From Octopus sinensis (Eukaryota): a stretch of 64,000 nucleotides of DNA. Shown in pieces: positions 39,534 to 52,372 of the stretch. Under the pieces are notes generated by a model. That model was not told where the DNA came from and searched no databases. It saw only the letters and a program-made list of their open reading frames with translations. Position numbers and translations under genes: made by a program. Location of the stretch: the NCBI RefSeq assembly GCF_006345805.1, contig NC_042998.1:155000001-155064000 (forward strand), given 5' to 3'. The number at the start of each line of letters is the position of its first letter. The stretch's first letter is position 1.

Positions 39534-39772
39534 GTAGTTGATAGCTTCCGTTACCTAGGTGACCAAGTATCTATATGATGTATCCAGTGTAAGCTATGGA
39601 CACATAAGAGGTGCAGCAATATCACAAGAAGGCTAATTGGGAAGATGGCTTTTGTATGTGGCAGATGTTCGGGTGCAATAAACACTGACAATACACAGAG
39701 AACAACTTCCGCCACATTCCAGGGAGAAAAACTATAAGTAGTTGATAGCTTCCGCTACCTAGGTGACCAAGT
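39365..39772 (+). repeat. 204-bp tandem duplication inside the RTE ORF
   Basis: 39373-39568 recurs at 39577-39772 with 2 substitutions. Confidence 0.93.
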
Positions 39773-40972
39773 CAGTAGCAGGAGAGGGTGCACTGAAAGT
39801 GTAGCTGCTAGAATAAGAATAGCCAGGGCAAAGTTCAGAGAGCTCTTACCCCTGCTGGTGACAAAGGGCCTCTGACTCAGAGTAAAAGGTAGACTGTATG
39901 ACGCATGTGTACGAACAGCCATGCTACATGGCAGTGAAACATGGGCTGTGACTGCTGAGGACATGCGTAAGCTCGCAAGGAATGAAGCCAGTATGATCCG
40001 ATGGATGTGTAATGTCAGTGTGAATACTCGACAGAGTGTAAGTACCTTGAGAGAAAAGTTGGACTTAAGAAGCATTAGATATGGTGTGCAAGAGAGACGA
40101 CTGCACTGGTATGGTCATGTAGTGAGAATGGATGAGGATCGCTGTGTGAAAAAGTGCCACACCCTAGCGGTTGAGGGAACCTGTGGAAGAGGTAGACCCA
40201 GGAAAACCTGGGATGAAGTGGTGAAGCACGACCTTCGAACTTTAGACCTCAGCAAGGAAATGACTAGTGACCGAGACCTTTGGAAATATGCTGTGCTTGA
40301 GAAGATTCAGCAAGCCAAATGAGACTGTAACCTCGTTTGCCTGTGCCAGGGGTGTAACCAGCCCACCTGTGCATACCTTCTCCTTCTTTGAACACAATAT
40401 CTGCTTGCAAAGACTTGTTGAAGCAAGTGAAATCGAAACCGAAATCAAAATCAAAGTGAAATTTGATGACGGGCACAAGCACCATACGAGCATGATCGTT
40501 GCCAGCCTCGCATTACTGGCACTTGTGCCCCATGCTAGTAGGGTGCTAAGAGCACCATCTGAGTGTGATTGTTGCCAGAGCAGCTAACTGGCTTCCGTGC
40601 TGGTGGCATGTAGGAGGCACCATCCGAGCGGGATCATTACCAGCTTCGCCTTAATGTCACCTGTGCTGTTGGCATGTGTAAAACATTTGAGTGAGGTCGT
40701 TGCCAGTACCGCCTGACTGGCCCCTGTGCCAGTGGCACGTAAAAGCACCCACTACACTCTCGGAGTGGTTGGCGTTAGGAAGGGCATCCAGCTGTAGAAA
40801 CTCTGCCAGATCAAGACTGGAGCTTGATGCAGCCATCTGGTTCGTCAGCCCACAGTCAAACCGTCCAACCCATGCTAGCATGGAAAGAGGACATTAAATG
40901 ACAATGATGATGATGATGATGAGTACTGATTCTGCTGCTCCTGCTAACATCACTATCATTGTCAACAATGAT

Positions 40973-42173
40973 AATGGTTGCTGATTTAGATACAAGACCT
41001 GCACAATTTTGAAGAGAAGAGGTTAGTTAATACCAGTGACCCTCAGTACTTGACTGGTACTTTATTCTATCGACCACAAAATGATAAAAGGCAAAGTTAA
41101 CTTTAGCAGGATTTGAACTCAGAACATAGTGAGCTAGAACAAATGCCAAACAGCATTTTTCTGATGTTTTGGCAATTCTGTCAGCTTGTTGCCTTTTTAT
41201 TGTAATAATAATTGTATTTGATTTAGGCACAAGGTCAACAATTTTGAGGAAAGAAAATTAGTTGATACCATCACCACAACCCAGCATTTGAGAGGCTCTT
41301 TATTTTATCAACTCCAAAAGGATGGTTTGTGAAGTTGACCTTGGAAAACTGGAAGAAATTCAAAGCATTTTTTTCTGAAATTCTAACAATTTTGCATTAA
41401 GTCTGAGATTTTGATGGAGGAGATTAGTTATTTAAATAAATGTCAATACTTAATTGGTACTAGAAGGATGAAAGACAAAGTTGATCTCAATAGGTGGACT
41501 ACAAGGCATTTTGTCTGATGTTTCTGCCAATAATAATAATCCTTTTTAACTAAAGGCACAAGGCTTGACGACACTAGTGCTTCACTGATACTTAATTTAT
41601 TGACCCCAAAACGCATAGTCGACGCTGATGGAATTTGAACTTAGAATGTATGGATGGACAAAATGCTGCTAAGCATTGTGCCCGGCATGCTAATGATTCT
41701 GCCAGCTTGCCACCTTAATAATGATAATAATAATGGTTTCAAATTTTGGTACAAGGCTAGCAAGTTCAGGGAGAGGGAATAAATTGATTACACTGGCTCC
41801 AGTACTCAACTGGTACATATTTTATTGACCCCGAAAGGATGAAAGGTAACATCAACCTTAGCAGAAATTGAACTCAGAGCATGAAGATGGATGAAATGCT
41901 GCTAAGCATTTTGCCTAGCAGGGCTACTTATCCTGCCGGTTCACTTCCTTAATAATAATAATAATGGTTTTGAATTTTGGCACAAAGCCAGGAATTTTTT
42001 TTTAAAGGGGGATAGGGAAGTCAAGTACATTGACTGCAATGCTCAACTGGTACCTATTTCATTGACCCCAAAAGGATGAAAGGCAAAGTTGATCTCAGCA
42101 AAATTTGAACTCAGAACATAAAGCTTGAAGAAATGCTGCAAAGCAATTTTGTTCAGCATGCTAACAACTCCTC

Positions 42174-42208
<35 letters not shown>

Positions 42209-42442
42209 TAATAATAATAATAATGATAATCTTTTCTACTATAGGTACAAGGCCTGAAATTTGGGGGAGGGAAATAGTCGATTACACTGACCCCACTACT
42301 CAACTAGTACTTAATTTATCGACCCCAAAAGGATGAAAGGCAATGTTGATCTCAGTGGAATTTGAACTCAGATTAGAGCAACAGGCAAAATGCTGCAAAG
42401 CATTTCATCCAGCATGCTAACGATTCTGCCAGCTTGCACCTT
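40973..42442 (-). mobile_element. Head-to-tail cluster of about 7 copies of a second tRNA-derived SINE family separated by (AAT)n
   Basis: Repeated GGATGAAAGGCAAAGTTGA...GAATTTGAACTCAGAAC...ATTCTGCCAGC blocks; on minus, box A-like TGGCAGAAT and box B-like GAGTTCAAATTCC. Confidence 0.88.
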
Positions 42443-45400
42443 AATAATAATAACAATAACACAATGAGATATTTAACTACAAGATCACCAGGGACGTTTA
42501 ACATGTGACAAACAATAAAGCATTGCTCCAAAATCTGTACCCACCCTAAAAAAACAAAAGAAAAACACAACTGGATTGAAAACAACAAATGTAACCTAAA
42601 AAACGAAAAAAAAAAACCGCTGCCAAAGTGTTCAACCATAACCAAGTAAGTAATATTCATTAAAATTTATTTGTTTTACACATCAAATGATATATTATAA
42701 ATAAAATGTTATTATCAGCCATCATATGGTGACTAGAATATCATGAGAGACTATCTGTTTTATTAGTTTGCAGTGCATCCTGTCTGGTTTCTCTGACTGA
42801 AGAGAAGATAACCACTCCAAAATGTTTGCATCTCACAATCTAGGTAGGTGGTACTGTGAGCAGATTTTAAGTGTATTTACACTATTTCTCTACAGTGAGA
42901 AGTTTGTTCCATGACAAAACAGTGAATGGCTTTTCTTAAGGTTTTGAATATGCCCCAAATATATTTGAACTGGTAACAACCTTGAATTTATACACATCAC
43001 TGCTTAGCACTGGCACCCCATTTACAATCTCCAACATTCACACAACACATGTAAACACGGTTGCCAGATTACAGTTCATATTAATAACTGAGCACCTCTG
43101 TCCCCCACCATCATACACAAGAAATAAAGACAAATTTAGATAATACCTGTATTATTTAACCCAAGAATAATAAATGGGAGGTGTGTACTTCAAACTTATT
43201 ACACAAAAAGTGTGAAAAATTACATGTGCACAACTCTTTAGCCCCCAAGGACAATCTAAATAAAAGTCCAGACATTATTCTTCATACCTGGCAAATAAAA
43301 TTAAAAAAACATAAGCGGACATGAGATGAATATGTTTTTATCTTACATGCTTATTTTACAGCAGTATTCTACCCACAGAATAAGAATACAACAATATACT
43401 CATATAAAGTCTAGAAGAAAAATAACCCAGATCTGGATATACCAATGAATCCTAACAAACTAGCCAACAGGAGGAGATATGTTTTCAAAACAAGAGAGAT
43501 ATCAGAAATTGAAATAGAGCATTTAAAAGAAAAAATATATGAAAATGTCCATAGAATATTTTAGCAATAACATAAGTACTTAAAGTGTAAAACATGAAAA
43601 TAGGCATAACATGTGCAACCTAAATGAAATAAGTAATGAAACACAACAAACTCAACCCCTAGGAATGCATAAGGATGACAAAAATACACTAAATCAGAAC
43701 AACATAAACAAAAATATAAACAGGAAGCAATGTGGAGCAAACCTAAAAACTAGAAACAATGAATTCAGAAACCATATTTATGATAATTTAAAACTGAGCA
43801 TAACCAGGGAATTATAAACCACAGAACTTAGTATAGACCACCAACTGAACCTCTCAAAAATTAGACTTACTAAGACAGCAACAACAATAAAAAACATAAA
43901 TTTGGCTGTCATAGACATAATTACAACAGAAGCAAATATCAATATGACCAGGCTAAATAAGATAATACATGCAGCAGCCTCTGTGGCCACAAAGAAAAGA
44001 TGATACCCACTCAAACCCATCCAAACAGGAGTATTACAACTTAAACAAATAGTATGGAAAACTGATATCCAGAAAAAAGATAGTAAATAAAAGGAAAAAA
44101 AAATCTATCGATCCTTAATGAAATTAGTAACCAAACAACAGAACTATGTAAAAAAAGAAAGAAAAATACTGCAGAAATATATAATAACAAAACAAGATGT
44201 ACCTAAAACAAAAGAACATCTAAAGCAAGATATCCTCACCAAAGTACAAAGAATCTGTTGGTATGAAAAATGCCAACGATTCTTTGAACAAAATAAGCAG
44301 TTTAACTCCAATCCAAAACAATTCTATCAAGAACTTGGTAAAAATGAAATAGAGCACCAGCAGCAGAAGAAATGGAAGAATTTTTGGTAGAAGTATGGGC
44401 AGTGAAAGAATTACCCCAGAAAAAATCAATTAGAACAACAAACAGTATCTGAACAACTCTGGACATCCATAGGAGAAGTAACACTGGTACTGCAAACATT
44501 AAACAAATGGAAAGCACCAGGGCACAAAAAGGTACCCAATTTCTGGCTAAAGTATTTAAATAGGATACACAAGGTACTGGCAGAGCAGTTCAATGAGATG
44601 TTAATGGAGCCAGAGACATCTGAATGACTCACAGAAGTGGAAAATCATCCTAATTCCTAAATCAACTGAAACTACAAATCCACAAAACTACAGACCCATA
44701 ACATCTTCCTACAACCTACAAATTCTTAACTGTAATAATATCGTGGGTGCTATGGAGACCAGTTATTGATTAACAAAGCCATAACTGAAAACTGCCAAAA
44801 GAAAAAGAAGTGTTTAAGCATGACTTGGATTGATTACCAAAAGGCTTTTGACAGTATTCTCCACATATGGCTCCTGAAAACACTAGCCATGAACAAGGTA
44901 GCACCAACAATAATAAAATATATAAAACATGTCATGAATAAATGGTAAACAGTTCTGCAGTTACAGACGAAAGAAGGAATTATAAAAACTAAAGCCAACC
45001 CCCATTAAGAGAAGTAATATATCAAGACTTGCTATCCTTTTATGTCTGGCACCAACTCCTTTAACCAACATGTTAAACAGTACTGCATGTGGATATAACC
45101 GCTCCAGTAAAACAATCAACCATCTCTTGTTTATGGACGAACACAAACTGTACCTTGCAAATGAGAAATAACTGGAAACATTACTACTTGGGTTTACCAA
45201 AGAAATAAATATGATATTTAGCTTAGAAAAATGTGCCAAAGCAACCTCAAGGAGAGGAAAACTAATTGAGAATAACCATATCAGGCTAGATAAAGAAAAT
45301 GAAATAAGAGAATCAGACCAAACCCAGACATACAAATACTTAGGAATCAATGAACTAGATATAATATAACACACACAAAAGAAGATAAGGAAGGAATACT

Positions 45401-45449
45401 ATAGACTGGTGAGGTTAGTACTTAAAATAGAGCTCAATGCAAAAAATAG

Positions 45450-45669
45450 AGAGAGAATTGTGATGTTGTAGGAGAGAAATGTGTTCGCAAGGATGATGGT
45501 TCACTTGCACTAAATGAGGCTGCAAAGAGAGAGATTTGGAGACGCCACTATGAAAGGTTGCTCAATAAAGAAAATGAATGGGAGAAAGAGAGTCTGTCGA
45601 CCCAACAGAGGGACCAGCTATCCGAGTTGACAGTACCTTAGTAGATAATGCAATTAAGAGTATGAAGAC
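45450..45669 (+). mobile_element. Internal RTE fragment embedded in the R4-like element
   Basis: Collinear with 38298-38524; no tail or TSD. Confidence 0.85.
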
Positions 45670-46001
45670 CAATGAAAACTGGTATAAATAGCCACAAAGC
45701 ATGAACGAAACAAGAAACTGCTTACAGTCTTCACAGAAGCTGAAAAATACAAGAAAGAACTACTCACAACTAAAAAGAAAAAGAAGAAACAACGAAAGCT
45801 GTAAATAACTAAAATCCAAGCTAAAACTAGAACTACAAAATACCATGATAAAATGATGGCAAGAAAAGCCCTTACATGGTAAATACTGGTACAGCAAACA
45901 GAAAAGAGATAGATGAAGTATTAATCACAACAATGGTCGAGACGGTCAGGACTCAAAGCAGAAACTGAAGGATTTTTAATTGCAGCACAAAATCAAAGCC
46001 T

Positions 46002-46386
46002 ACTTTGTTTTTGTATCTGGTTTGCAAGCTTCTTTATGTAGATTTGTGTGTTGAAACAAATTTTGTTGCATCTAGGGAGAGTCATTATGCCAATATCAAT
46101 AAGACATGTACACTGGCATGCACACACACACTTACACACACACACACACATGCAACAAAGTCTAAGACAGACAGGCATGGCCTCTATAATGGACTAAGAG
46201 AAAAGTCACTGAAAAGGTTGCAAATAGTAACGAAAGAGCTTTGACAAAAAAGACCAAACAATAACAAAACAACTGACTTACTGTTTAACCAACTTAAACA
46301 AACAATCAATTAGTTGGATATTTAACCAATTGACTAATAATAAAGGAGTGGAATTGAACCAGTGCATGTGTTATTAATATTGGCAT
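46002..46386. mobile_element. Unclassified 385-bp insertion with 13-bp TSD
   Basis: AAAATCAAAGCCT at 45989-46001 and 46387-46399; removal restores AAQNQSLSIRN...CKICG. Confidence 0.8.
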
Positions 46387-47529
46387 AAAATCAAAGCCTC
46401 TCCATCAGAAACCAGCAAAATCACATAATGAAGAAAAATACAAGTAACTGCAAAATATGTGGTGATGGGAAAGAAACAATAAATCATATTGTCCTTGGTT
46501 GCCCAGAAAGAATATATCCATAGATATGACAGAGTTGGGAGCTATATAAACTGGAATCTGTCAGCACTATGGAATGACAACAGAAATAAAACAGAATAAG
46601 CATGTTCCAGAAAAGGTCCAAGAAAATGACAAAGCTCTGGGATATACCAATACACACTGATAAATCAGGGCCAATAGGCCAGATATTGTCATCAGTGACC
46701 AATAAGAAAAATGCCTTCTAATCGACATATCAGTCCCAACGAATGACAATGTATCTCTAAAAGCAACAAAGAAACTCTCAGAGTACAAAGATGTGGAAAC
46801 TGAGACGATCCAAATGTGGAGCCTGAAAAAAGAAATAATCACTATAATAGGTGCACTATAATATGGTTAAAAAACATACAGACAAATACATAACCAAGAC
46901 ACCAGGACTTACAGATATATATAACATACAAAAAATAGCACTGCTAAGCACTGCACACATCCTATGTAAGGCACTTTCAATGCAGTAAAAATAATAACAC
47001 TAAAATAAACCACAGCACATACCCAAAGCACAGAGAGTTGTGCTTAGTAGTGCAGTGAAAGCGCATGGTAAAAATAAGTCTATTGAATAATAATAATGCT
47101 AAAGGTTTAAATACACGTGTAAATCAAAAACATTTACAGGAGCATTTAGAAATAATTAAATTACACACACAATACAGTTTATATACAGTATTTATACACA
47201 TGTATACACACATATCCAAGCATATACACACATTTGTGTATATATATCAACATACATAAAAAATTTATACAAATTAGCATATAATATCTCAAAAGTAATA
47301 AAAAGTCATTCATATAGGATCAGATAATCCAAAAATCATGATTATCCCAAACAAATGCTTTCTCCAAACTTCAGTCTCAATATGAAACTTTAAAATGTTG
47401 ATTTTTAAAAATTATAATTTAATTACCACTTCCACACATGAAAGTTATTGAAGACCCTTTATATGATCATTCAAACTGCAAGAAATGGCAGCCAAATCTT
47501 TCTTAAACAACATCCAAACATCTTAAATA

Positions 47530-47712
47530 GTGGCACAATTGATAATAGTTTCAAATTTAGGCACAGGGCCAGCTCTTTTTGAGGGGAAGGGGAAATTGTT
47601 TATATCAACCCAGTACTTGACTGGTACTTATTTTATTGACTTTGAAAGGATGAAAGGTAAAATGAAGATGGACAAAATGCTACTTGGCATTTTACCAACT
47701 CACCAACTTAAG
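47530..47712 (-). mobile_element. Solo copy of the 40973-42442 SINE family
   Basis: GTTTCAAATTTAGGCACAGGGCCAGC...CAGTACTTGACTGGTACTTATTTTATTGAC...GGATGAAAGG. Confidence 0.8.
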
Positions 47713-48403
47713 GGCACAATAGATAATGAAGTCCTATGTTCTCAGATGGAATGGCTATATCTGAGGACTGAGATGGGCTAAACAACACCAACAATCAGAT
47801 AGTACAACTCTATCTAGTCTTACTTTCCACTTAAGTGGTTCTTGAAGAAGTTGATGAATTATTACTTAATATAACTTTTTTATTTTTACAAATCTTAACA
47901 AAACTTTTTCAATTCTGTCTTCTGCATAATGGAATTGATATAATTTTGCAAAAAAAAAAAAACTTTAATTCCTTCTCACCACATTTTTTTTTTATAATTT
48001 ATGGTTTTAAAATATGGACAGTCCAAATCTACCATTCATTTCTTTTTATAATTTGCAAATAATTTTTTAAATACTTCAAAATCAAAATTGTGTAAATATG
48101 TGTGCCAGAAACAGTAGTTAAAAATCAAGGAAACAGATTTTTGGGAGATCTCTTATTATGACTGACTTTTATTCCCTTATTATAATATCTTCTGAAATTT
48201 ATACATATACATTTTTACAGAATTATATGTATATATAAATATTTCGGCACATCTACACAATTGCTTCTTCATAACCTCAATATTTCTTAATGAAATTTTC
48301 TACAAATATACTTCAGATTGTGTAGAAACCAATTAAATTGGAATTCATTGTGGAAACTGTCCCTAAAGGAGTTTTAGAAAATTCACACCATTAGGCTTTG
48401 TTG

Positions 48404-48446
<43 letters not shown>

Positions 48447-48807
48447 AATAATTTGGGAAAACAATTTTCCAAATCAATCAGGTGTAACCCTACAGTGTTA
48501 TATGCATCTACATATCGTACTTTGGGGGTCTTATTTATTGTATATTTATATATTTATCTATAAATATACAAAATATTTGATAAAAGTCAATATTCAATTT
48601 TGCGGGGATTAATCGATATGCGGGTATTCTATTTCAGATAATACAAAAATAACCTAATGAGTATATCTTACAGTAAACTCATAGTATCAGTTTGCGCATC
48701 ACGAAATAATACTTAAAAGATATAACCAAAATTTCCAGCTGGGTATATAATGTACTTCATTAATTATATCATACTTTAGTTAATACTTATTTTTATTAAA
48801 TATGAAG

Positions 48808-48929
48808 GAACTACACGTGTTTCCATATTGGAAGATTACAATATATATACATATACATGACTGTGTACCCATATCTATACATATATGCAATCGTCAGATT
48901 TACAATGATTCCAACACATCTTCAGGTTC
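48808..48929 (-). ncRNA. Type-I hammerhead ribozyme with 75-nt stem II loop
   Basis: On minus: GAAC | CTGAAGA | TGTGTTGGAA ... TTCCAATATG (10/10 with 3 G.U) | GAAAC-ACGT-GTA | GTTC. Confidence 0.82.
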
Positions 48930-50326
48930 TATTTCAAAATATTATATATCTAATTCTACACCCCTTTAAAAACAAGCAATAAAATTAAGCATTAAAGATT
49001 AAAAATTACGAATTAAAAATTAAGAATAAAAATTATACTTTGTAATATTAAGAATTAAAATTTATAAATCATACATTATAAATATGAATTAGTATATATA
49101 TCAATCATGTAAAATCAAGTATATGTCAAATACAGAATGTGAGATATAAGATTAAACATCAGAATTAAAATGTCTGTGTTTAAATGTGATATGGCCACAG
49201 CTCATAAGCTGAAACTAGAATCAATCAATCAATCATATAACAAGAAAAATTCAAATACATATCTTCCATTTTTTGCTGGTACTAAAATGGTGATTTGATG
49301 AAGAAGATAGCAGGGAACTATGGGTATTTATAGGTGATTAGTACCAAGGGGGGTAATTACACTATACATAGTTTTAATTTTAAGTTATCCTCTATTATTA
49401 TTTTCAAATTTATCTATATTGTGAGGTTTATCTAAATTGTTATTATATAATTTTAGTAATATTTAATTCATATATTTATTTTATTTTAATTATTGCATTA
49501 TTTGTTTGTTTATTTTTATTCTTTATTTATTTATATAGTCTATTCAAGTGCTTTAGAAATAAAATTATGTGGTTATTTGATTCAGGGGTTGGGGGCTCAG
49601 TACTTCATTTTACTAAACGTAAAATTACTTTGGTGCCTACATTTTACTCCTCGTTCATCATATGTGTTTAGAAATTTATCTCTAGATAAATTCAGTTATG
49701 CATAGTAAACACATTTTATTCCCAATGTTATAGGAGTGGGCTCTACCTATAATACTCCAATTAAGGGTGTACTCTCTTTTTCTAGATTTTAATTCCCATA
49801 TATATTTACTTAAGCCAGTAGACTTACTTAAATTGGGATTATTAAAGGTCTGGTAGTGTTGGGATATTCTTTTTTTTTAATTTCATTAGCTGTTGATCCC
49901 ATATAAGCCTTATTTATAATTTTAATATCATTGTTCTCAGAGCTTACTATACATTTATAAATTATATTATTTATATTACAATTATTAGAAAGCTTACATC
50001 TAGTCTTATCACGACATGAACATTTTTTCTATATGTTGATTAAGTCTTATATCACTATCGGTTATGTTATGACTAGAGCTATTATTTAATATGCTATTAT
50101 AATAATTATTTATAGAGAAAATGATATTGCTTACATTTCTTGAGGTTGAGTATCCCACTCTTATGATTTTATTGGAAAATATATTTGAATAACTATTGAA
50201 CTTATTAAAAACCATTTTTAATATTTGAAGTGTCTCCTTAATAATATTAGTCCTAACTTGATCCCCATACGGAATAGTTAACCATATATCTTTTTTATTT
50301 TTTATATTTTTTATATTATCATTATT

Positions 50327-52372
50327 GTTTCTTCGCAAGCGGTGATGATGGTTTCTTTCAGCTGGTTCCAATTTTCTTCGACGAGATGATTTGGAGTCTT
50401 ATTTTGAAGATTGACCTGTAGGCGCTGCTGGAAAGCGACATGAGTTTTTGGGTCTTGCAGTGCTTTAATGTTGAATTTCTTTACTCTGCTTTCCTTGCTG
50501 TGATATTTCACTTTTGGTCGGAGTTTGATTTTCATGGTGGAGGCAATGAGGCGATGATCTGTCCAGCACTCATCTGCTCCAGTGGCGGCTCTGGTGAGCA
50601 ACGCATCTTGCTGGTCTCGGGATCTCACGATGATATAGTCAATGAGATGCCATTTTTTAGATCTTGGATGCTGCCATGAGACCTTATATCGATTCTTCTG
50701 GCGAAAAAGGTTGTTGGTTATCACCAGGTTATGTTCAGCACATTTGGTGAGTAGCAGAGTTCCATTGGCATTGACTTTTCCCTCTCCTTCCTTTCCGATG
50801 GTTCCTGTCCAGAGTTCACGATCTCTCCCAACTCTGGCGTTGAAATCTCCCAGGAGAATGATCTTGTCCTCCTTTGGGACAGTAGAGAGAATGCTATCAA
50901 GCTGGCTGTAAAACTCTTCCTTGACTAAATCCTCCGTGTCATGGGTGGGAGCATACGCGCTGATGATAGTTGCGTGCTGACTTTTGACAAGCTGGATTTG
51001 GAGGGTCATGAGTTGTGTGGACATTCCGATGGGCTGCTCTGTCAGTTTGGATAGGATGGTGTTTCGTATTGCAAAACCCACACCATGGATACATTGATGG
51101 TCGGGATCGTAACCTTTCCAGAAAAAGGTGTATTGACCGCTTTCTTCTCTCGGCCGGCCTTCTCCGGCTCTCCGGGTTTCACTGAGAGCTATGATGTCAA
51201 AATTGAATCGATGGAGTTCCCGGGCGATGATTGCAGCTTGCCTTTTGGGTCTGTCTGAGTTGGTGTTATCTATGAGAGTCCTGACATTCCAGGTCCCGAA
51301 TTTCAGCATTGCGTATCTTGATCTTGATTTTCGACTGCATGATGGTGATCCCTCTGGACGCGGTTTTCCAGACAAGATTGGGGTGAAGCAGACTATGTTT
51401 AGGGCACCTTTTCTAGCCCCTTCCCAATTCAGGGTGAGCAGAGTGGATCCCAAACAGGGCTGCTCATTTATGGATACTGCTGCCGAACATCTTCCCTGCT
51501 TCTTCCGATAGATAGAGCGACTAAATCATGTAACCACAACATCTGTGCCGGTTCTGCACTAGGAGCCTCCAGCCTTCATGAGCCTGTTCCCGTCATCCAT
51601 CGCCGATCGCCGAAAGACTTGGAAAGAATAAGAAGAGTGGTGGCGAAGATGCCTGTGTGTGAAATTTTTTAACGTGTGCTTGAGGTCGCACGCCCAGTAA
51701 AGCACACATAAACTTGACAGACCACCAACTTGACCCAATGGCAAGGTAAACCGAGACGATTGGAGTCAATGGTTTGCTGCAGCCTTCGTCCACCTTCACA
51801 GCCGTTGAGAAATTTCACCAACGCTGTCTTCGGAAGATCCTTAACATCAGCTGGGAAGACAGAAGAACAAACGTCAGCATGCTACAAGAAGCAAAAATGA
51901 CCAGCATCAAAGCCTATGTTATCAAAGGCCAACTAAGATGGAGCAGCCACGTGGTTAGAATGACTGACGAACGACTTCCCAAACAGATCTTCTACTCCCA
52001 ACTCAAAGACGGCAAGCGTACAAAAGGAGGCCAGTAGAAACGCTACAAGGACTCCCTGAAAACAAACCTCAAAAAGTGTGACATCGACTTCACTAACTGG
52101 GAGGAAACGGCAAAAAACAGATCACTCTGGAAAACCACCATCCATGAGGGAACGGCGACTTTCGAGTCGAAAAGGTCTGCAGAGTTGGAAGAGAAAAGAC
52201 GACGACGGAAGGAGCACCAGCAACAACCACGTGACTCTCCCTTCCGGCACTAGATGTCCGCACTGCGCCCGATCTTTTCAAGCAAGAATTGGTCTTATCG
52301 GTCACCTACCGACTCACCAGTAAATTTGCGCGAAGACATCATCCTCGACCTTGAGGGATTGCCATCATCATC
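50327..52372. mobile_element. 5'-inverted, internally deleted RTE LINE
   Basis: Minus 50327 to about 51800: 5' UTR plus EN (GTWNVRT, ALSETR, SAYAPT, LLGDFNARVG, WHLIDYII, TDHRL). Plus from about 51801: RT C-terminus (EKFHQRCLRKIL, QLRWSSHVVRM) and (CAT)n tail. TSD ATTATCATTATT at 50315-50326 and 52373-52384. Confidence 0.92.

Larger units (their letters stand above)
36755..40922 (+). mobile_element. Near full-length RTE-clade LINE with PHD-type finger in the RT; inactivated
   Basis: EN from 37015 (NLNVGTLKGRSGEI, SAYAPQ, VAGDFNGHVG, SQIDYIL); RT ORF 38493-39533; C-terminal ORF 39921-40322 (HGSETW, WYGHVVRM); (GAT)n tail. No TSD identified; 5' boundary approximate. Confidence 0.92.
43330..47098 (+). 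mobile_element. R4/Dong-like RLE-type non-LTR retrotransposon, degenerate
   Basis: EEMEEFW, KAPGHKKVPNFWLK, NYRPI, WIDYQKAFDSILHIW, YKYLG; CKICGDGKETINHIVLGC (CCHC); RPDIVI...LIDISVP (PD..D endonuclease); (TAA)n tail. Confidence 0.88.

Noticed and set aside
40973-42442. CRISPR-like or satellite array
   Set aside because: Units are about 200-bp diverged SINE copies, not short repeats with unique spacers.
42795-42830. CTGAAGA-GAAG...CTCC-AAAATGTT hammerhead-like string
   Set aside because: GAAA absent, stem I does not pair, no adjacent PLE ORF; needs several assumed reversions.
48654-48716. CTAATGA...GAAATAATA inside the inverted pseudo-LTR
   Set aside because: G5 missing, stems I and II do not pair, and the second copy lacks GAAA.
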